51,722 nucleotides of DNA from an uncultured Erysipelotrichaceae bacterium (GCA_964442785.1 CAYTZW010000004.1:1-51722); one strand, 5' to 3'; counted from the stretch's first letter, positions 39,637 through 49,998 are shown. Numbers and translations are program-made. The notes: generated by a model not told the origin, from the letters alone.

Positions 39637-40470
39637 TTACTCCTTATCTTCTGATTTAATTTCTAATAATTTTTTATTTTTAGCATTAAGGGGAGAGATA
39701 ACATTTTTCCCTGTTTCTTGTTCAAATCTTTTTCTTGCATCACTTGCGACATTACCACCACGATGAGCAATTTTTCTACTTTGTTCAAAAGTGGTTGGGC
39801 TTTCTTGTTTGGAAATGGCGGTAGTTGTAACTTCAGCAAGCATATTTAAGACTAGTTCAATGTTTGTCATATTATCACGTAAATTTTCTTTTTTTAAACC
39901 TTTTACATTTTTATATTCTTGAATGGTAAGTCCACTCCAAGCTTTTGTCATCTCATCGGTTAGTATTGCATAGTCTTTTTCTTTTTCAATTCCACGATTT
40001 TTCCACTCATCAGTCAATTCTTTTCGCATTTCAATAGTTTGAAGTCTTTGATTTATCCAACCTTCTGTATAACCTTTAGCACGATAAAAATCAGCACCTC
40101 GTAATATTGCTTTTTCAGGGTCTGCGATTTCATCAAATCTTTCACTTCCAACTTGTGCTAGCCAAACTTTAAATGGCTCTGCTTTTGGGGAAGGTATTGA
40201 TTGAACTAAACGTAATAACTCTTTTGTATTTACTACATCTGTTAATCTCATTTTTCCATCAAGTGCTTTCATTTTCAAAGTGTGACAATTTGTCACGGTT
40301 TCATTACCTTCTTCTTTTAATCTTTGTTTTAATTTTCTCCAATAAGCTGTTGGATTAACACTATCAGTTAAAACTGTAATTACATCAACGACTGAAAAAT
40401 ACCAATCTTCTTCTTTTTCATTCCATTCAGTTCTAATTTTTTTGTTTTCAAAAATTTTAATATTAGACAT
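39637..40470 (-). CDS. Bro-N domain / phage antirepressor-like DNA-binding protein
   Basis: IRTEW...WYFSVVDV, YWRKLKQRL, QSIPSPKAEPFK.WLA, NLRDNMT. Confidence 0.88.
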   Translation of the reverse strand: MSNIKIFENKKIRTEWNEKEEDWYFSVVDVITVLTDSVNPTAYWRKLKQRLKEEGNETVTNCHTLKMKALDGKMRLTDVVNTKELLRLVQSIPSPKAEPFKVWLAQVGSERFDEIADPEKAILRGADFYRAKGYTEGWINQRLQTIEMRKELTDEWKNRGIEKEKDYAILTDEMTKAWSGLTIQEYKNVKGLKKENLRDNMTNIELVLNMLAEVTTTAISKQESPTTFEQSRKIAHRGGNVASDARKRFEQETGKNVISPLNAKNKKLLEIKSEDKE

Positions 40471-40760
40471 ATATTCTCTCCTTTTCTCTAATTTTAAATC
40501 AATACAAATTGCTAAAATTCAACTGATAATAAAACTTCTTTAGGATTACTTCAATTTGTAACCCCTAATAGTTGCCTAATACGCTATTAAATTTTCAACT
40601 TGCATATACCCTCCCTTTTACAAAAAATTATAACATATTTTTTTAATATTAGTATTCCTTATTTCATTAAATATTTTATGTTAAAACTTCCTTTTTAAAA
40701 TAATAAATATTCTTGTTAAACAAGTAACTTTTTGTTTTAATTATAGCAAGAGGTACTACT

Positions 40761-41669
40761 ATGAATATTAATGATTTAAAAGAAGTATTATTTAAAAATT
40801 ATTCTAAAGATTTATGCTATCCAAAAGTTCAAGATAAATGGAGCGAAGAAAATAAATGTTTCGGTATGTGTGCCATAACTTCTCTTATTGTTAATGATTA
40901 TTTGGGTGGCGATATTTGCAAAATAAAAGTCAATGATATAAGTCATTATTTTAATTTAATTAACCAACAAATTATCGATTTAACTTCCAGTCAATTTAAA
41001 GATAAAATCGATTATAGTTCTTACAAAATAATCGAAAAAGAACAAATACTAACTGAAGATACTAAAAATAGGTATTTGATTTTAAAAGAAAAAGTAATCA
41101 AAGATTTACTAAAAAGTGTTGATGAAGAGATATTTAATTGTAACCTTTGTAATTCCTTAGTAGAAAAATTTTCTAATAAAACAACCGTGTTTTTAGGAAA
41201 AAACAATGACATCGTTTTAGTAGGAGAAGCCCCTGCTAATAACGGGTGGCGAAAATCTTTTCAATTATGGAAAGATGTAAATGGTAAAGTTTTACCTAGT
41301 GGAATTATACTTCAAAAATTATTTGATATTATTAATAGAAATATCTTTGAAACAACTTTTTTAGAGGCCGTTAAATGTTATCCTGTTGCAAGAAAAAATT
41401 TAAAATATTGTGCTTCAAATTGTAAAAATTATATGTTAGAACAAATATCTATTTTAAATCCGAAACTAATTATTACCTTAGGGGAATTTCCAACCAAAAA
41501 ACTACTTAATTTTAAATTTGATAAATTTTCTGATGTTGTAGGAAAAATATATCAAATAGGAAATTACAAAATATTACCAATATATCACCCTTCTCCTATA
41601 TCTCCAAAAAGTTATCAAGGAAATCTTCCTATTTTTAATAAAATAAGCAAAGAATTAAATATTTTATAA
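40761..41669 (+). CDS. Fusion of YunG-like Cys-His-Asp domain and Fe-S uracil-DNA glycosylase superfamily domain
   Basis: N-terminal GMCAITS/SHYFN/IIDLTSSQF; C-terminal CxxC, GEAPA, VKC, ITLG, YHPSP. Confidence 0.82.
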   Translation: MNINDLKEVLFKNYSKDLCYPKVQDKWSEENKCFGMCAITSLIVNDYLGGDICKIKVNDISHYFNLINQQIIDLTSSQFKDKIDYSSYKIIEKEQILTEDTKNRYLILKEKVIKDLLKSVDEEIFNCNLCNSLVEKFSNKTTVFLGKNNDIVLVGEAPANNGWRKSFQLWKDVNGKVLPSGIILQKLFDIINRNIFETTFLEAVKCYPVARKNLKYCASNCKNYMLEQISILNPKLIITLGEFPTKKLLNFKFDKFSDVVGKIYQIGNYKILPIYHPSPISPKSYQGNLPIFNKISKELNIL

Positions 41670-41753
41670 AGTAATCAACAACTTTCCTACTTTTATTGAA
41701 TAATCATTTTTTATCATCTAAAATTTAATTCAAGAAAAAGGAGTTTTAAAAAA

Positions 41754-42152
41754 ATGAACAATATTAATTATTTAGATGAATTAAGTGATAAAGGAATTCC
41801 CGACGATGTACTATTACTTCTTTCCCTTTCAGTAAGTGAAGATGATTATTTGAAAATTCTTTATGATTATCGCATATATGGAGTAACTTTTGACAAATTA
41901 TTTAAACTATGCAAATATGAAGATGAGAGACTTATGTGTACTCTTTCTTTATTAAATAACAGTGATATAAGTTTAGAAATGGTGCATATTAACCTTAACT
42001 TTCAAAACCCTATTCCATTCGTATCTGATAGAAATGATTTTGATACACCTGATACAATACAAGATGTTCAAGACGCTTTCGCATTTTCTAAAAAGTATCG
42101 TGAAAGAATAGATGAATTAACAAACGAACATAAAACAATATTTCCTAGATAA
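41754..42152 (+). CDS. Hypothetical acidic protein
   Basis: 132-aa ORF with RBS AAGGAG and terminator. Confidence 0.75.
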   Translation: MNNINYLDELSDKGIPDDVLLLLSLSVSEDDYLKILYDYRIYGVTFDKLFKLCKYEDERLMCTLSLLNNSDISLEMVHINLNFQNPIPFVSDRNDFDTPDTIQDVQDAFAFSKKYRERIDELTNEHKTIFPR

Positions 42153-42159
42153 AAGCATT

Positions 42160-42190
42160 TAAAAAGGCTAAATACAAATTAGCCTTTTTT
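42160..42190. terminator. Bidirectional terminator
   Basis: AAAAAGGCTAA...TTAGCCTTTTTT. Confidence 0.8.
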
Positions 42191-42192
42191 CA

Positions 42193-42639
42193 TTATTCAA
42201 AGAATTGTTCATTGTTATCTTGAATAGATAACTTAGGATTAAATACTCCAGCGTGAAATGGGTGATTGTCAACTACCGCTGAAATCAAATCGTATATTAA
42301 GAAAATGTATTGTTCGATTTTATTTCCTTTGGAAAATTCAAAATGAAGAGCATCTCCATTTATAAAATTCACGACTACATCAACATCAAAATCCACTACT
42401 AAACCTGGAGTTGAAATAGAATAATTAATGATGTTTTTATATAAGAATGTCGCGTATTCTACTGATTTTCCTGATAAATATTGTTTATTAATAATTAAAA
42501 ATCTTTTATCCGTTACTACAAGGGTATCCCTAAAAGCTTTTAAAACAACGGCAATTCTTTCATTAGGAAATAATAACCTGTTGATAAAATAAGGTACTTT
42601 TGTTTCTCCAAAAAACTTAAATTTTCTTGTTTGTGCCAT
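42193..42639 (-). CDS. Bacterial PH-domain protein (bPH_1-like)
   Basis: RDTLVVTDKRFL..KQ.LSGK.VEY..F.YK.I..YSI.T.G..DFD pattern. Confidence 0.82.
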   Translation of the reverse strand: MAQTRKFKFFGETKVPYFINRLLFPNERIAVVLKAFRDTLVVTDKRFLIINKQYLSGKSVEYATFLYKNIINYSISTPGLVVDFDVDVVVNFINGDALHFEFSKGNKIEQYIFLIYDLISAVVDNHPFHAGVFNPKLSIQDNNEQFFE

Positions 42640-42649
42640 ATTATCACCT

Positions 42650-43066
42650 CTATATTAATTTCAAGAACTCTGTTGATAAACAGAAGACAATATAAAAAAT
42701 CAATAATCCTGTACTAAATCTAGCCCTAAATTTAAACTCAGAAGACTTATCAATAGAAGGATTTTTATATCCCATATAAGTATTAACGATACCATAAATA
42801 ATGATTAGAACAATGACAGGAATTAAAATAGTAGAATTAGCTCCTTCAACATTTTTAATGATATGAATTGCTAAAAACAATAAAGCAATGCTAATAATTA
42901 AATTTCTTACAATTTTTTTATGATTTTTTCCCGAAGTTTTAATGATAAAAAAGGCTTTTTTATCAAATTTAGGTTTTTTATAAGGTTTAATATGTCCTTG
43001 GTCTGTTCCACAAGCAGGACAGATGCGAGCATCTCCAATTTCATATGCACATTTTCTACATCTCAT
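42650..43066 (-). CDS. Zinc-ribbon membrane protein
   Basis: CRKC...CPACG followed by three TM helices; ATG 43066 after AAGGAG. Confidence 0.78.
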   Translation of the reverse strand: MRCRKCAYEIGDARICPACGTDQGHIKPYKKPKFDKKAFFIIKTSGKNHKKIVRNLIISIALLFLAIHIIKNVEGANSTILIPVIVLIIIYGIVNTYMGYKNPSIDKSSEFKFRARFSTGLLIFYIVFCLSTEFLKLI

Positions 43067-43147
43067 CTTATCCATCTCCTTATTTTGCAAGTATTATTAC
43101 ATAATAATTTTATAAAAAAAACTATTTAACTCATTTATGTTAATAAA

Positions 43148-43465
43148 TCATAATTCTTGATTAATAATTTCTACGATTTGTTGCAAATAAAGATAAAACT
43201 TTTCATAGGCATTTTTATAATTAATCATAAGAGGATAATTATCAATTTCACTTTTAATTTGATAATATTTTTCAGTATCTTTTTTATTTCCTTTTTTTAA
43301 ACAAATTTCTTCTTTTTCTTTTTGTAATTCTTTTTCTAATTCTTGTAATTCTTTGGAATTATTTTTTAAATCTAAACATTTTTTATATTCTAAATATAAA
43401 GATGATTTTTTTATCAATTCGTTTAGTTTTTTAGCATCTTCTAAAATACTATTCAACTTCTTCAC
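43148..43465 (-). CDS. YlbF/YmcA (Ric) family regulator
   Basis: Helical protein, P.+.NY..A motif, directly after miaB as ymcA is in Bacillus. Confidence 0.75.
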   Translation of the reverse strand: MKKLNSILEDAKKLNELIKKSSLYLEYKKCLDLKNNSKELQELEKELQKEKEEICLKKGNKKDTEKYYQIKSEIDNYPLMINYKNAYEKFYLYLQQIVEIINQEL

Positions 43466-44888
43466 CTACTAAAGTCCAAGAAGTAATTTCATTAATCCTA
43501 ACATTAACTATTTGTCCAATATGAGCCTTATTTCCTTTAAAGTTAACTAATTTTTGACTTTCAGAATATCCTGATAAAATATCATCATTTTTCTTACTTG
43601 TTCCTTCTACTAAAACTTTAACGGTTTTTCCAATATAAGCTTCATTTCTTTGATGAGAATATTTGGCAACTTTTTCTAATAAACGATTAAATCTTTCCAT
43701 TTTAACTTCCATAGGAGTTTGGTCAACCATTTTAGCAGCAGGAGTTCCTTCTCTTGGAGAAAAAATGAAAGTAAAAGCACTATCATATTGACAATAATCA
43801 ACCATATCTAAAGTATGTTGAAATTCTTCTTCTGTTTCATTAGGAAAACCTACTATTATATCAGTAGAAACTGCGACATCAGGTATTGTTTTTCTAATTT
43901 TATCATATAATCTTTTATATTCTTCACTATTATATCTTCTATTCATTTTACGAAGCATATTATCATCACCAGATTGTAAAGGTAAGTGAATGTAAGGCAT
44001 TAAGTTATCGTAGGTAGCAATAACTTCAATCATTCTATCGGTAAAATTCCAAGGGTGAGAAGTTGTAAATCTTACTCTTTCAATTCCAATTTTAGCAACT
44101 TCTTCTAATAAATCTGCAAAGTCATATCCTTTATCAAGATTTTTACCATACGCATTAACATTTTGACCTAACAAAGTTATCTCTTTATATCCTTGTTCTT
44201 TTAATTCTTTTACTTCTTTTAAAATATCTTCCATTAAACGACTTCTTTCTTTTCCTCTTGTATAAGGAACAATACAATAAGTACAGAATTTATCGCAACC
44301 ATACATAATGTTTACCCACGCTTTTAACTTTGATTCTCTTTGAATAGGTAAATTTTCGATGACTTCTCCTTCTTTAGAATAGACTTCGATAACTTTAGAT
44401 TTATATTTTAAACATTCTTCGATTAAAGAAGGTAATCTTCCAATGTTATGAGTTCCAAAAATAATATCTATTTGAGGATATTTTTTCAAAATAATTTCCA
44501 CGCTTTTTTCTTGTTGTACCATACAGCCACAAACCCCAATAATTAAATTAGGATTGTTCTTTTTCAAAGCTTTTAAAGAACCTATTTCTCCAAAAACTTT
44601 TTCTTCTGCATTTTGTCTAATAGCACAAGTATTTAAAATAATGATATCTGCTTGATTATAATCTTCTGTTTTTTCATATTTTAAAATAGAAAGAATACCT
44701 GCTAGAGTTTCACTATCCCTTTCATTTGCTTGACAGCCGTAAGTTCTTATATAGTATTTTTTTCCTTTTCCGAACTCTATCATAAAAGGAGAAACTTGTA
44801 ACTCTTTAGTTAAAAATTCCACTTCTGCCTTACTTCTTTTTCCCGCTTCTTTTAAACAAGGTAAACTATTACATCTTTTCATATACAT
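43449..44888 (-). CDS. miaB: tRNA-2-methylthio-N6-dimethylallyladenosine synthase
   Basis: TYGCQAN, NTCAIR, CDKFCTYC radical-SAM motif, C-terminal TRAM domain. Confidence 0.96.
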   Translation of the reverse strand: MYMKRCNSLPCLKEAGKRSKAEVEFLTKELQVSPFMIEFGKGKKYYIRTYGCQANERDSETLAGILSILKYEKTEDYNQADIIILNTCAIRQNAEEKVFGEIGSLKALKKNNPNLIIGVCGCMVQQEKSVEIILKKYPQIDIIFGTHNIGRLPSLIEECLKYKSKVIEVYSKEGEVIENLPIQRESKLKAWVNIMYGCDKFCTYCIVPYTRGKERSRLMEDILKEVKELKEQGYKEITLLGQNVNAYGKNLDKGYDFADLLEEVAKIGIERVRFTTSHPWNFTDRMIEVIATYDNLMPYIHLPLQSGDDNMLRKMNRRYNSEEYKRLYDKIRKTIPDVAVSTDIIVGFPNETEEEFQHTLDMVDYCQYDSAFTFIFSPREGTPAAKMVDQTPMEVKMERFNRLLEKVAKYSHQRNEAYIGKTVKVLVEGTSKKNDDILSGYSESQKLVNFKGNKAHIGQIVNVRINEITSWTLVGEEVE

Positions 44889-44894
44889 CTACTC

Positions 44895-46499
44895 CTAACT
44901 TAGTTTATCAATATATTTATTTTCATTTTTATACACCAAAGTAATTATTAATCCTATGGTAACAATAAATAAAATAATGGCAAATTCTTCTATAAAGAAA
45001 CATATTACTCCATAGATTATCAATAATAACATATAAATAAAAACATTCAAATTACTTTTTACAGCTTCTGTTTCACTATTCCATTTTATTTTAGGACGAT
45101 TAATATCTATAAATAAACCAATAAAATTAATGGCAATGATAAATAATAAGCCTAAACAAAAAGGATAAATAAGGTCTAAAATTTCAAAACGTAAATAAAA
45201 TTCAAGGACTACCATTAGAATAATATAAGGAATAATCGAAATCAGGGAAGAAATACTAACTTTTATAAGAAAATTCTTCATAAATGAAATTGGCAAATAA
45301 TTCATTGTTTTATTACTACTTCCGTCTTTTGAATACATCACAGGGCTTGAAAAACTACCAAAGCAACAAATCAGGGAAACAAGCAAAGCTCCTAATATCA
45401 AATAATCTTTGATGTAATAAACAATACTAATTAAATCACTATTATTAATGCTATTAAAAATCGGTATAATTACTAATAATAATGCTAATGGAAAAATAAT
45501 AGGTATTAATAAATTGACCATAAAAATTGGTGTTCTTAAAATGGTTTTAATTTCTCTTTGTACCAAAACACTATTTAAACTATTGTTGGAAACTTTTTTC
45601 CTAAATTTTAGTTCATCAAATTTTTCTTTTTTTGTGCCATTTCCGTTTATTTTTAGTAAAGCAGAAAAATACATCTTGTCTGCTAAAAAACCTGCTAAGC
45701 AAATCAAAAAAGAGCTAATTCCAGCAATTCCAAATAGATAGATTAATTTATATGTGATATTTGTATCAAAACTAGCCATTTTCATAAGGGGAATAGTAAA
45801 AGGAACAAAGATACTTAATTTATTAGTAAACAATTTATAGTTTTCAATAAGAGCAAAAACATCTGTTGTTTCATCAATAACAGGCATTAAATAATCCATA
45901 CCAACAGAAAATCCTATTCCTACAAGCAAAGCTACTCCTAAAGTTAAATAAGTCATTAAATCTTTATTTTTAACAAATTTTAAATATTTGACCAAAAATA
46001 AAGTTATAAGGCTGGTAATAAAACAAGGAATAATCGGTAATATAAGAGTTACTAAAGCAATAAAAACATAGTAATACCAAGACACCTTTATTGCAATTCC
46101 TGCTCCAATCGCTGAAGGTAAAAATAAAAGCAGGGAAATAAAATAACAACTTATAATAACAATGATATTTCTAGCAAAAAATATTTCTTTTGGTTTAATC
46201 GGCAAATGAAGCAAAACATCATTATCTTTAGAAAAATAAACTATTCCTAAATTACTTGCAAAAGAAATAATAAATATCATTATCGTATTTAAAATCACAA
46301 GCATTTCTATCATTAAATTAGTTCCACTTGTTCCTAAAAAAATTGCTAGTTCTTTAGTTTGTATAGAAAAAGGTATAAAACAAGCAATCATTAAAAGAAG
46401 AAACAAAAAAATCATAATTCGGCTTTTTTTATTTTTTCCTTCTAAAGTAGAAAACATACCTTTTATTAGAATTTTAGTTAAACTTAAAGTATTAGACAT
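44895..46499 (-). CDS. ABC-2-type exporter permease
   Basis: Many TM helices in two repeats, LLHLPIKP, REIK.ILRTP, RPK..W.SE..AVK. Confidence 0.87.
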   Translation of the reverse strand: MSNTLSLTKILIKGMFSTLEGKNKKSRIMIFLFLLLMIACFIPFSIQTKELAIFLGTSGTNLMIEMLVILNTIMIFIISFASNLGIVYFSKDNDVLLHLPIKPKEIFFARNIIVIISCYFISLLLFLPSAIGAGIAIKVSWYYYVFIALVTLILPIIPCFITSLITLFLVKYLKFVKNKDLMTYLTLGVALLVGIGFSVGMDYLMPVIDETTDVFALIENYKLFTNKLSIFVPFTIPLMKMASFDTNITYKLIYLFGIAGISSFLICLAGFLADKMYFSALLKINGNGTKKEKFDELKFRKKVSNNSLNSVLVQREIKTILRTPIFMVNLLIPIIFPLALLLVIIPIFNSINNSDLISIVYYIKDYLILGALLVSLICCFGSFSSPVMYSKDGSSNKTMNYLPISFMKNFLIKVSISSLISIIPYIILMVVLEFYLRFEILDLIYPFCLGLLFIIAINFIGLFIDINRPKIKWNSETEAVKSNLNVFIYMLLLIIYGVICFFIEEFAIILFIVTIGLIITLVYKNENKYIDKLS

Positions 46500-47217
46500 C
46501 TTGAACCATCTCCAAGAACATTTCCTCTAAACTTTGATTTTCATCAAGTTTATTTCTCATTTCATTTAAAGTTCCACAAAAGAGCAACTTTCCGTGATTA
46601 ATAATGGCAATTCTATCACAAACTTTTTCAGCAACTTCTAAAACGTGAGTAGAAAAAATAACACTATTTCCTTTATCTGCGTGTTCTCTCATCATTTGTT
46701 TTAAAGTATGAGCGGATTTAGGATCTAAACCTGTCATAGGTTCATCTAAAATCCAAACACTAGGGTTATGTAACAAAGCTCCTATTACGACTATTTTTTG
46801 TCGCATTCCGTGAGAATAACTTTCTATTTTACTCATCAAATGTTCTTTCATTTCAAACTTATTTGCTAAATCTAAAATTCTTTGTTCTTTTTCATCTTTA
46901 TTAACCTTATAAACATTTGCTAAAAAATTCAAATATTCCATTCCTGTTAATTTCAAAAAAATATCAGGAGAATCAGGAACAAAACCAAAGACTTTTTTAG
47001 CTTCCAAAGGATTTTGTTCAATGTCAATTCCATTAATTTTGATAACACCTTTATCAATACTTAAAACACCTGTAAGCATTTTTAAAGTAGTTGTTTTTCC
47101 ACTTCCATTAGGACCTAAGATTCCAAATATTTCATTTTCTTTAATTTCTAAAGATAAATTATCAACAGCTTTGAAATCTTTACCAAAAACTTTAGTTACA
47201 TTGTTAATTGTTACCAT
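46492..47217 (-). CDS. ABC transporter ATP-binding protein
   Basis: GPNGSGKT, YSHGMRQK, ILDEP, STH. Confidence 0.95.
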   Translation of the reverse strand: MVTINNVTKVFGKDFKAVDNLSLEIKENEIFGILGPNGSGKTTTLKMLTGVLSIDKGVIKINGIDIEQNPLEAKKVFGFVPDSPDIFLKLTGMEYLNFLANVYKVNKDEKEQRILDLANKFEMKEHLMSKIESYSHGMRQKIVVIGALLHNPSVWILDEPMTGLDPKSAHTLKQMMREHADKGNSVIFSTHVLEVAEKVCDRIAIINHGKLLFCGTLNEMRNKLDENQSLEEMFLEMVQDV

Positions 47218-47316
47218 AGTTTCACCTCTATTAAATAATACACTAAATTTAATTTATTATAAATAAAAAAAGACTGGAAAACATATTCTCAGTCAATTCT
47301 TACTTTTTTATTAAAA

Positions 47317-47580
47317 TTATTTACAAACAACTAACAATTTAATAGCCGTTCTAGGTTGTCCATCAATTTCAAGTTCTGCAAAAGATGGAACACAAGATAA
47401 ATCTTTACCTGAAGATGCGACAAAGCTTCTAGCGATAGCTACTGCTTTAATTGCTTGATTTAAAGCTCCTGCTCCTATAGCTTGAATTTCAACACTTTCT
47501 TGATCCTTTAAAACATTAGCTAAAGCTCCTGCTACTGAATTTGGATTTGATTTTGATGATACTTTTAAAATTTCTGTCAT
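47317..47580 (-). CDS. spoVS: Stage V sporulation protein S
   Basis: LKVSSKSNPNSVAGALA, QAIGAGALNQAIKAVAIAR; after ymdB. Confidence 0.97.
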   Translation of the reverse strand: MTEILKVSSKSNPNSVAGALANVLKDQESVEIQAIGAGALNQAIKAVAIARSFVASSGKDLSCVPSFAELEIDGQPRTAIKLLVVCK

Positions 47581-47603
47581 AATATTTCCCTCCTATATTC
47601 TTT

Positions 47604-48380
47604 TTAAGGATGAATATAAATCCTTTCAATACTTTTAGCTTTACCTGTTTTGTCATCAATATCCAACAATACTGCACAAAACATATCAGCTCTATCATCT
47701 ACTTGAAACCTTGTTTTTACATCAAGTCTAAATCTTTCTAAGACTTCTTTCTTTTCACTTCCGATTACACTATCATAAGAACCACACATTCCCACATCGC
47801 TAATATATGCTGTACCATTCTTTAATATGCGATTATCTGCGGTTTGAATATGCGTATGCGTTCCTAAAACTGCACTTACTTCTCCGTCAAAAGCATATGC
47901 TAGAGCTTGTTTTTCAGCAGTAGCTTCGGCGTGAAAATCGACAATATGTATAGAAGCTTTGCTTTTACTATTAATCTCACTTAATTTAGAAAAAGCATTA
48001 CAAGGTTCTAGTTCTGTTATAAAACAAGTTCCTAATAAGTTGGTAATTCTTACTATCGTTCCATTAACATCAAACTCACGACTACCAACTCCAGGTTTTT
48101 CTACCACAATATTTGCAGGTCTAATAATATTATTTTCTTCATCAAATAAACTTAAACCTTCTTTTTTAGCAAATGCGTGGTTTCCCGTGGTAAAAAAATC
48201 TATTCCCATATCCATCATTTCTTCATAATGTCTTGGTAATATTCCTTTACCGTGAGAAAGGTTTTCCCCATTACAAATTACTAATTCAATCGGTTCATTT
48301 TCTAAAATATCAGGCAAAAACTTTTTAACAGCATTTCTACCGCCTTTGCCAAATACATCACCTATAAATAATATTTTCAT
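47604..48380 (-). CDS. ymdB: YmdB 2',3'-cyclic nucleotide phosphodiesterase
   Basis: GDVFG, NGEN, TGNH, DFHAEATAEK, GTHTH. Confidence 0.95.
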   Translation of the reverse strand: MKILFIGDVFGKGGRNAVKKFLPDILENEPIELVICNGENLSHGKGILPRHYEEMMDMGIDFFTTGNHAFAKKEGLSLFDEENNIIRPANIVVEKPGVGSREFDVNGTIVRITNLLGTCFITELEPCNAFSKLSEINSKSKASIHIVDFHAEATAEKQALAYAFDGEVSAVLGTHTHIQTADNRILKNGTAYISDVGMCGSYDSVIGSEKKEVLERFRLDVKTRFQVDDRADMFCAVLLDIDDKTGKAKSIERIYIHP

Positions 48381-48382
48381 AT

Positions 48383-49936
48383 CTATTTAGCAGTCTCACT
48401 AGCTCTAACTTCTCTAATAACGGTAACTTTAATTTGTCCTGGGTAAGTTAATTCATTTTCTATCTTATCTTTAATATCTCTTGCAATTTTATAAGATGCA
48501 ATGTCATCTACTTTTTCAGGAACAACCATTACTCTAATCTCTCTACCAGCTTGAATAGCAAATGCTTGAGAAACTCCTTCAAAGCTCTTAGAAATTTCTT
48601 CTAATTTTTCAACTCTTTTAATATAATTTTCCAAACTTTCACTACGAGCTCCAGGTCTAGCAGCACTTAAAGTATCAGCTGCAGCTACCAAATTAGAAAT
48701 AGCGTTATTAGCAGGAACATCTCCGTGGTGTGATTGAATAGCGTTAATTACAACATCAGATTCTCCATATTTTTTAGCAAGTCGAACACCAATTTCAACG
48801 TGGCTTCCTTCAACTTCATAATCAATAGATTTTCCGATATCGTGGAATAAACCTGCCCTTTTAGCAAGTGTTTGATTTAATCCAAGTTCAGCAGCCATAA
48901 CTCCACATAAATGAGCAACTTCCTTACTATGTTGTAAAGCATTTTGACCATAACTAGTACGATATTTTAATTTACCAATACATTCAACCAATTCTTTATT
49001 TAATTTAGGTAATCCTAACTCAAATAAAGTTTCTTCTCCTGTTTTTAAAATAATACTGTTGATTTCTTGTTTTACTTTTTCAACAATTTCCTCAATTCTT
49101 CCAGGTTGAATTCTACCGTCTTTAATCAAAGCTTCCAAAGATTTAGTAGCAATTTCCCTTCTAATTGGGTCAAAACAAGAAACCGTTATAACTTCTGGAG
49201 TATCATCAATAATTAAATCAACTCCTGTTAATTGTTCGATTGTTTTAATATTTCTTCCTTCTCTACCAATTATACGACCTTTTAATTCATCATTTGGTAA
49301 AGAAACGGTAGAAACAGTAGATTCACAAACAACTTCTTGAGAATATTTAGAAATAGCTAAAGAAATAATATTTCTTGCTGTATCCTCAGCATTATTTCTA
49401 GCTTCTTCCTCACTATTTTTAATATAAGCGGCAACTTCTTGAGAAATCTTTGTTTCTACTCTTTTAAATAATTCTGCCTTTGCTTCCGCTACAGACATTG
49501 AACTAACTTGTTCTAATTCTTTGATTATCAAATCTGTTTTAGAATTTAATTCTTCTTCTTTTTTGTCAATATCAGCTAATCTTTTATTTAATTGCTCATT
49601 TTTTAATTCCAAATTATCTTCTTTTGCTTGCAAAGTGATATCCCTTCTATCAATTCCTTGTTCTCTTTGCAATAATTTATTTTCAGCATCAGCAATTTCT
49701 TTTTTCTTTTCTTTGATTTCTTTTTCAGCTTCTGCCTTCATTTCATAAGCTGCTGTTTTAGCATCTAATTGAGCACTTCTAGTAATTTGCTCTGCTCTAA
49801 TTTCAGCATCTTTAATAACTTTCTTAACTTTATTTTGAGCATTCTTAAGTCCAAAAGTTGGAATGAATTTAACAACTAAACCACCAACAATTAAACCAAC
49901 TAATATACCGACAAAAAGGAAAATAACTTTAATCAT
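48383..49936 (-). CDS. rny: Ribonuclease Y
   Basis: N-terminal TM, coiled coil, KH ([11 protein letters not shown]), HD domain, SAARPGAR. Confidence 0.98.
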   Translation of the reverse strand: MIKVIFLFVGILVGLIVGGLVVKFIPTFGLKNAQNKVKKVIKDAEIRAEQITRSAQLDAKTAAYEMKAEAEKEIKEKKKEIADAENKLLQREQGIDRRDITLQAKEDNLELKNEQLNKRLADIDKKEEELNSKTDLIIKELEQVSSMSVAEAKAELFKRVETKISQEVAAYIKNSEEEARNNAEDTARNIISLAISKYSQEVVCESTVSTVSLPNDELKGRIIGREGRNIKTIEQLTGVDLIIDDTPEVITVSCFDPIRREIATKSLEALIKDGRIQPGRIEEIVEKVKQEINSIILKTGEETLFELGLPKLNKELVECIGKLKYRTSYGQNALQHSKEVAHLCGVMAAELGLNQTLAKRAGLFHDIGKSIDYEVEGSHVEIGVRLAKKYGESDVVINAIQSHHGDVPANNAISNLVAAADTLSAARPGARSESLENYIKRVEKLEEISKSFEGVSQAFAIQAGREIRVMVVPEKVDDIASYKIARDIKDKIENELTYPGQIKVTVIREVRASETAK

Positions 49937-49998
49937 ACATTTCCTCTCCTATCTATTTAATAAAGCACTTTAAATAAATATTCAATCCAGCAAAACAA

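Noticed and set aside
38745-43090. Intact prophage, ICE or IS element
   Set aside because: No integrase, transposase, phage structural gene or direct att duplication visible; reported only as a possible remnant.
47597-47624. sigma-H promoter for spoVS (AGGA...GAAT)
   Set aside because: Both boxes are present but 20 nt apart, longer than the usual 17-18 nt, and the -35 box lies in ymdB coding sequence; not supported well enough to call.
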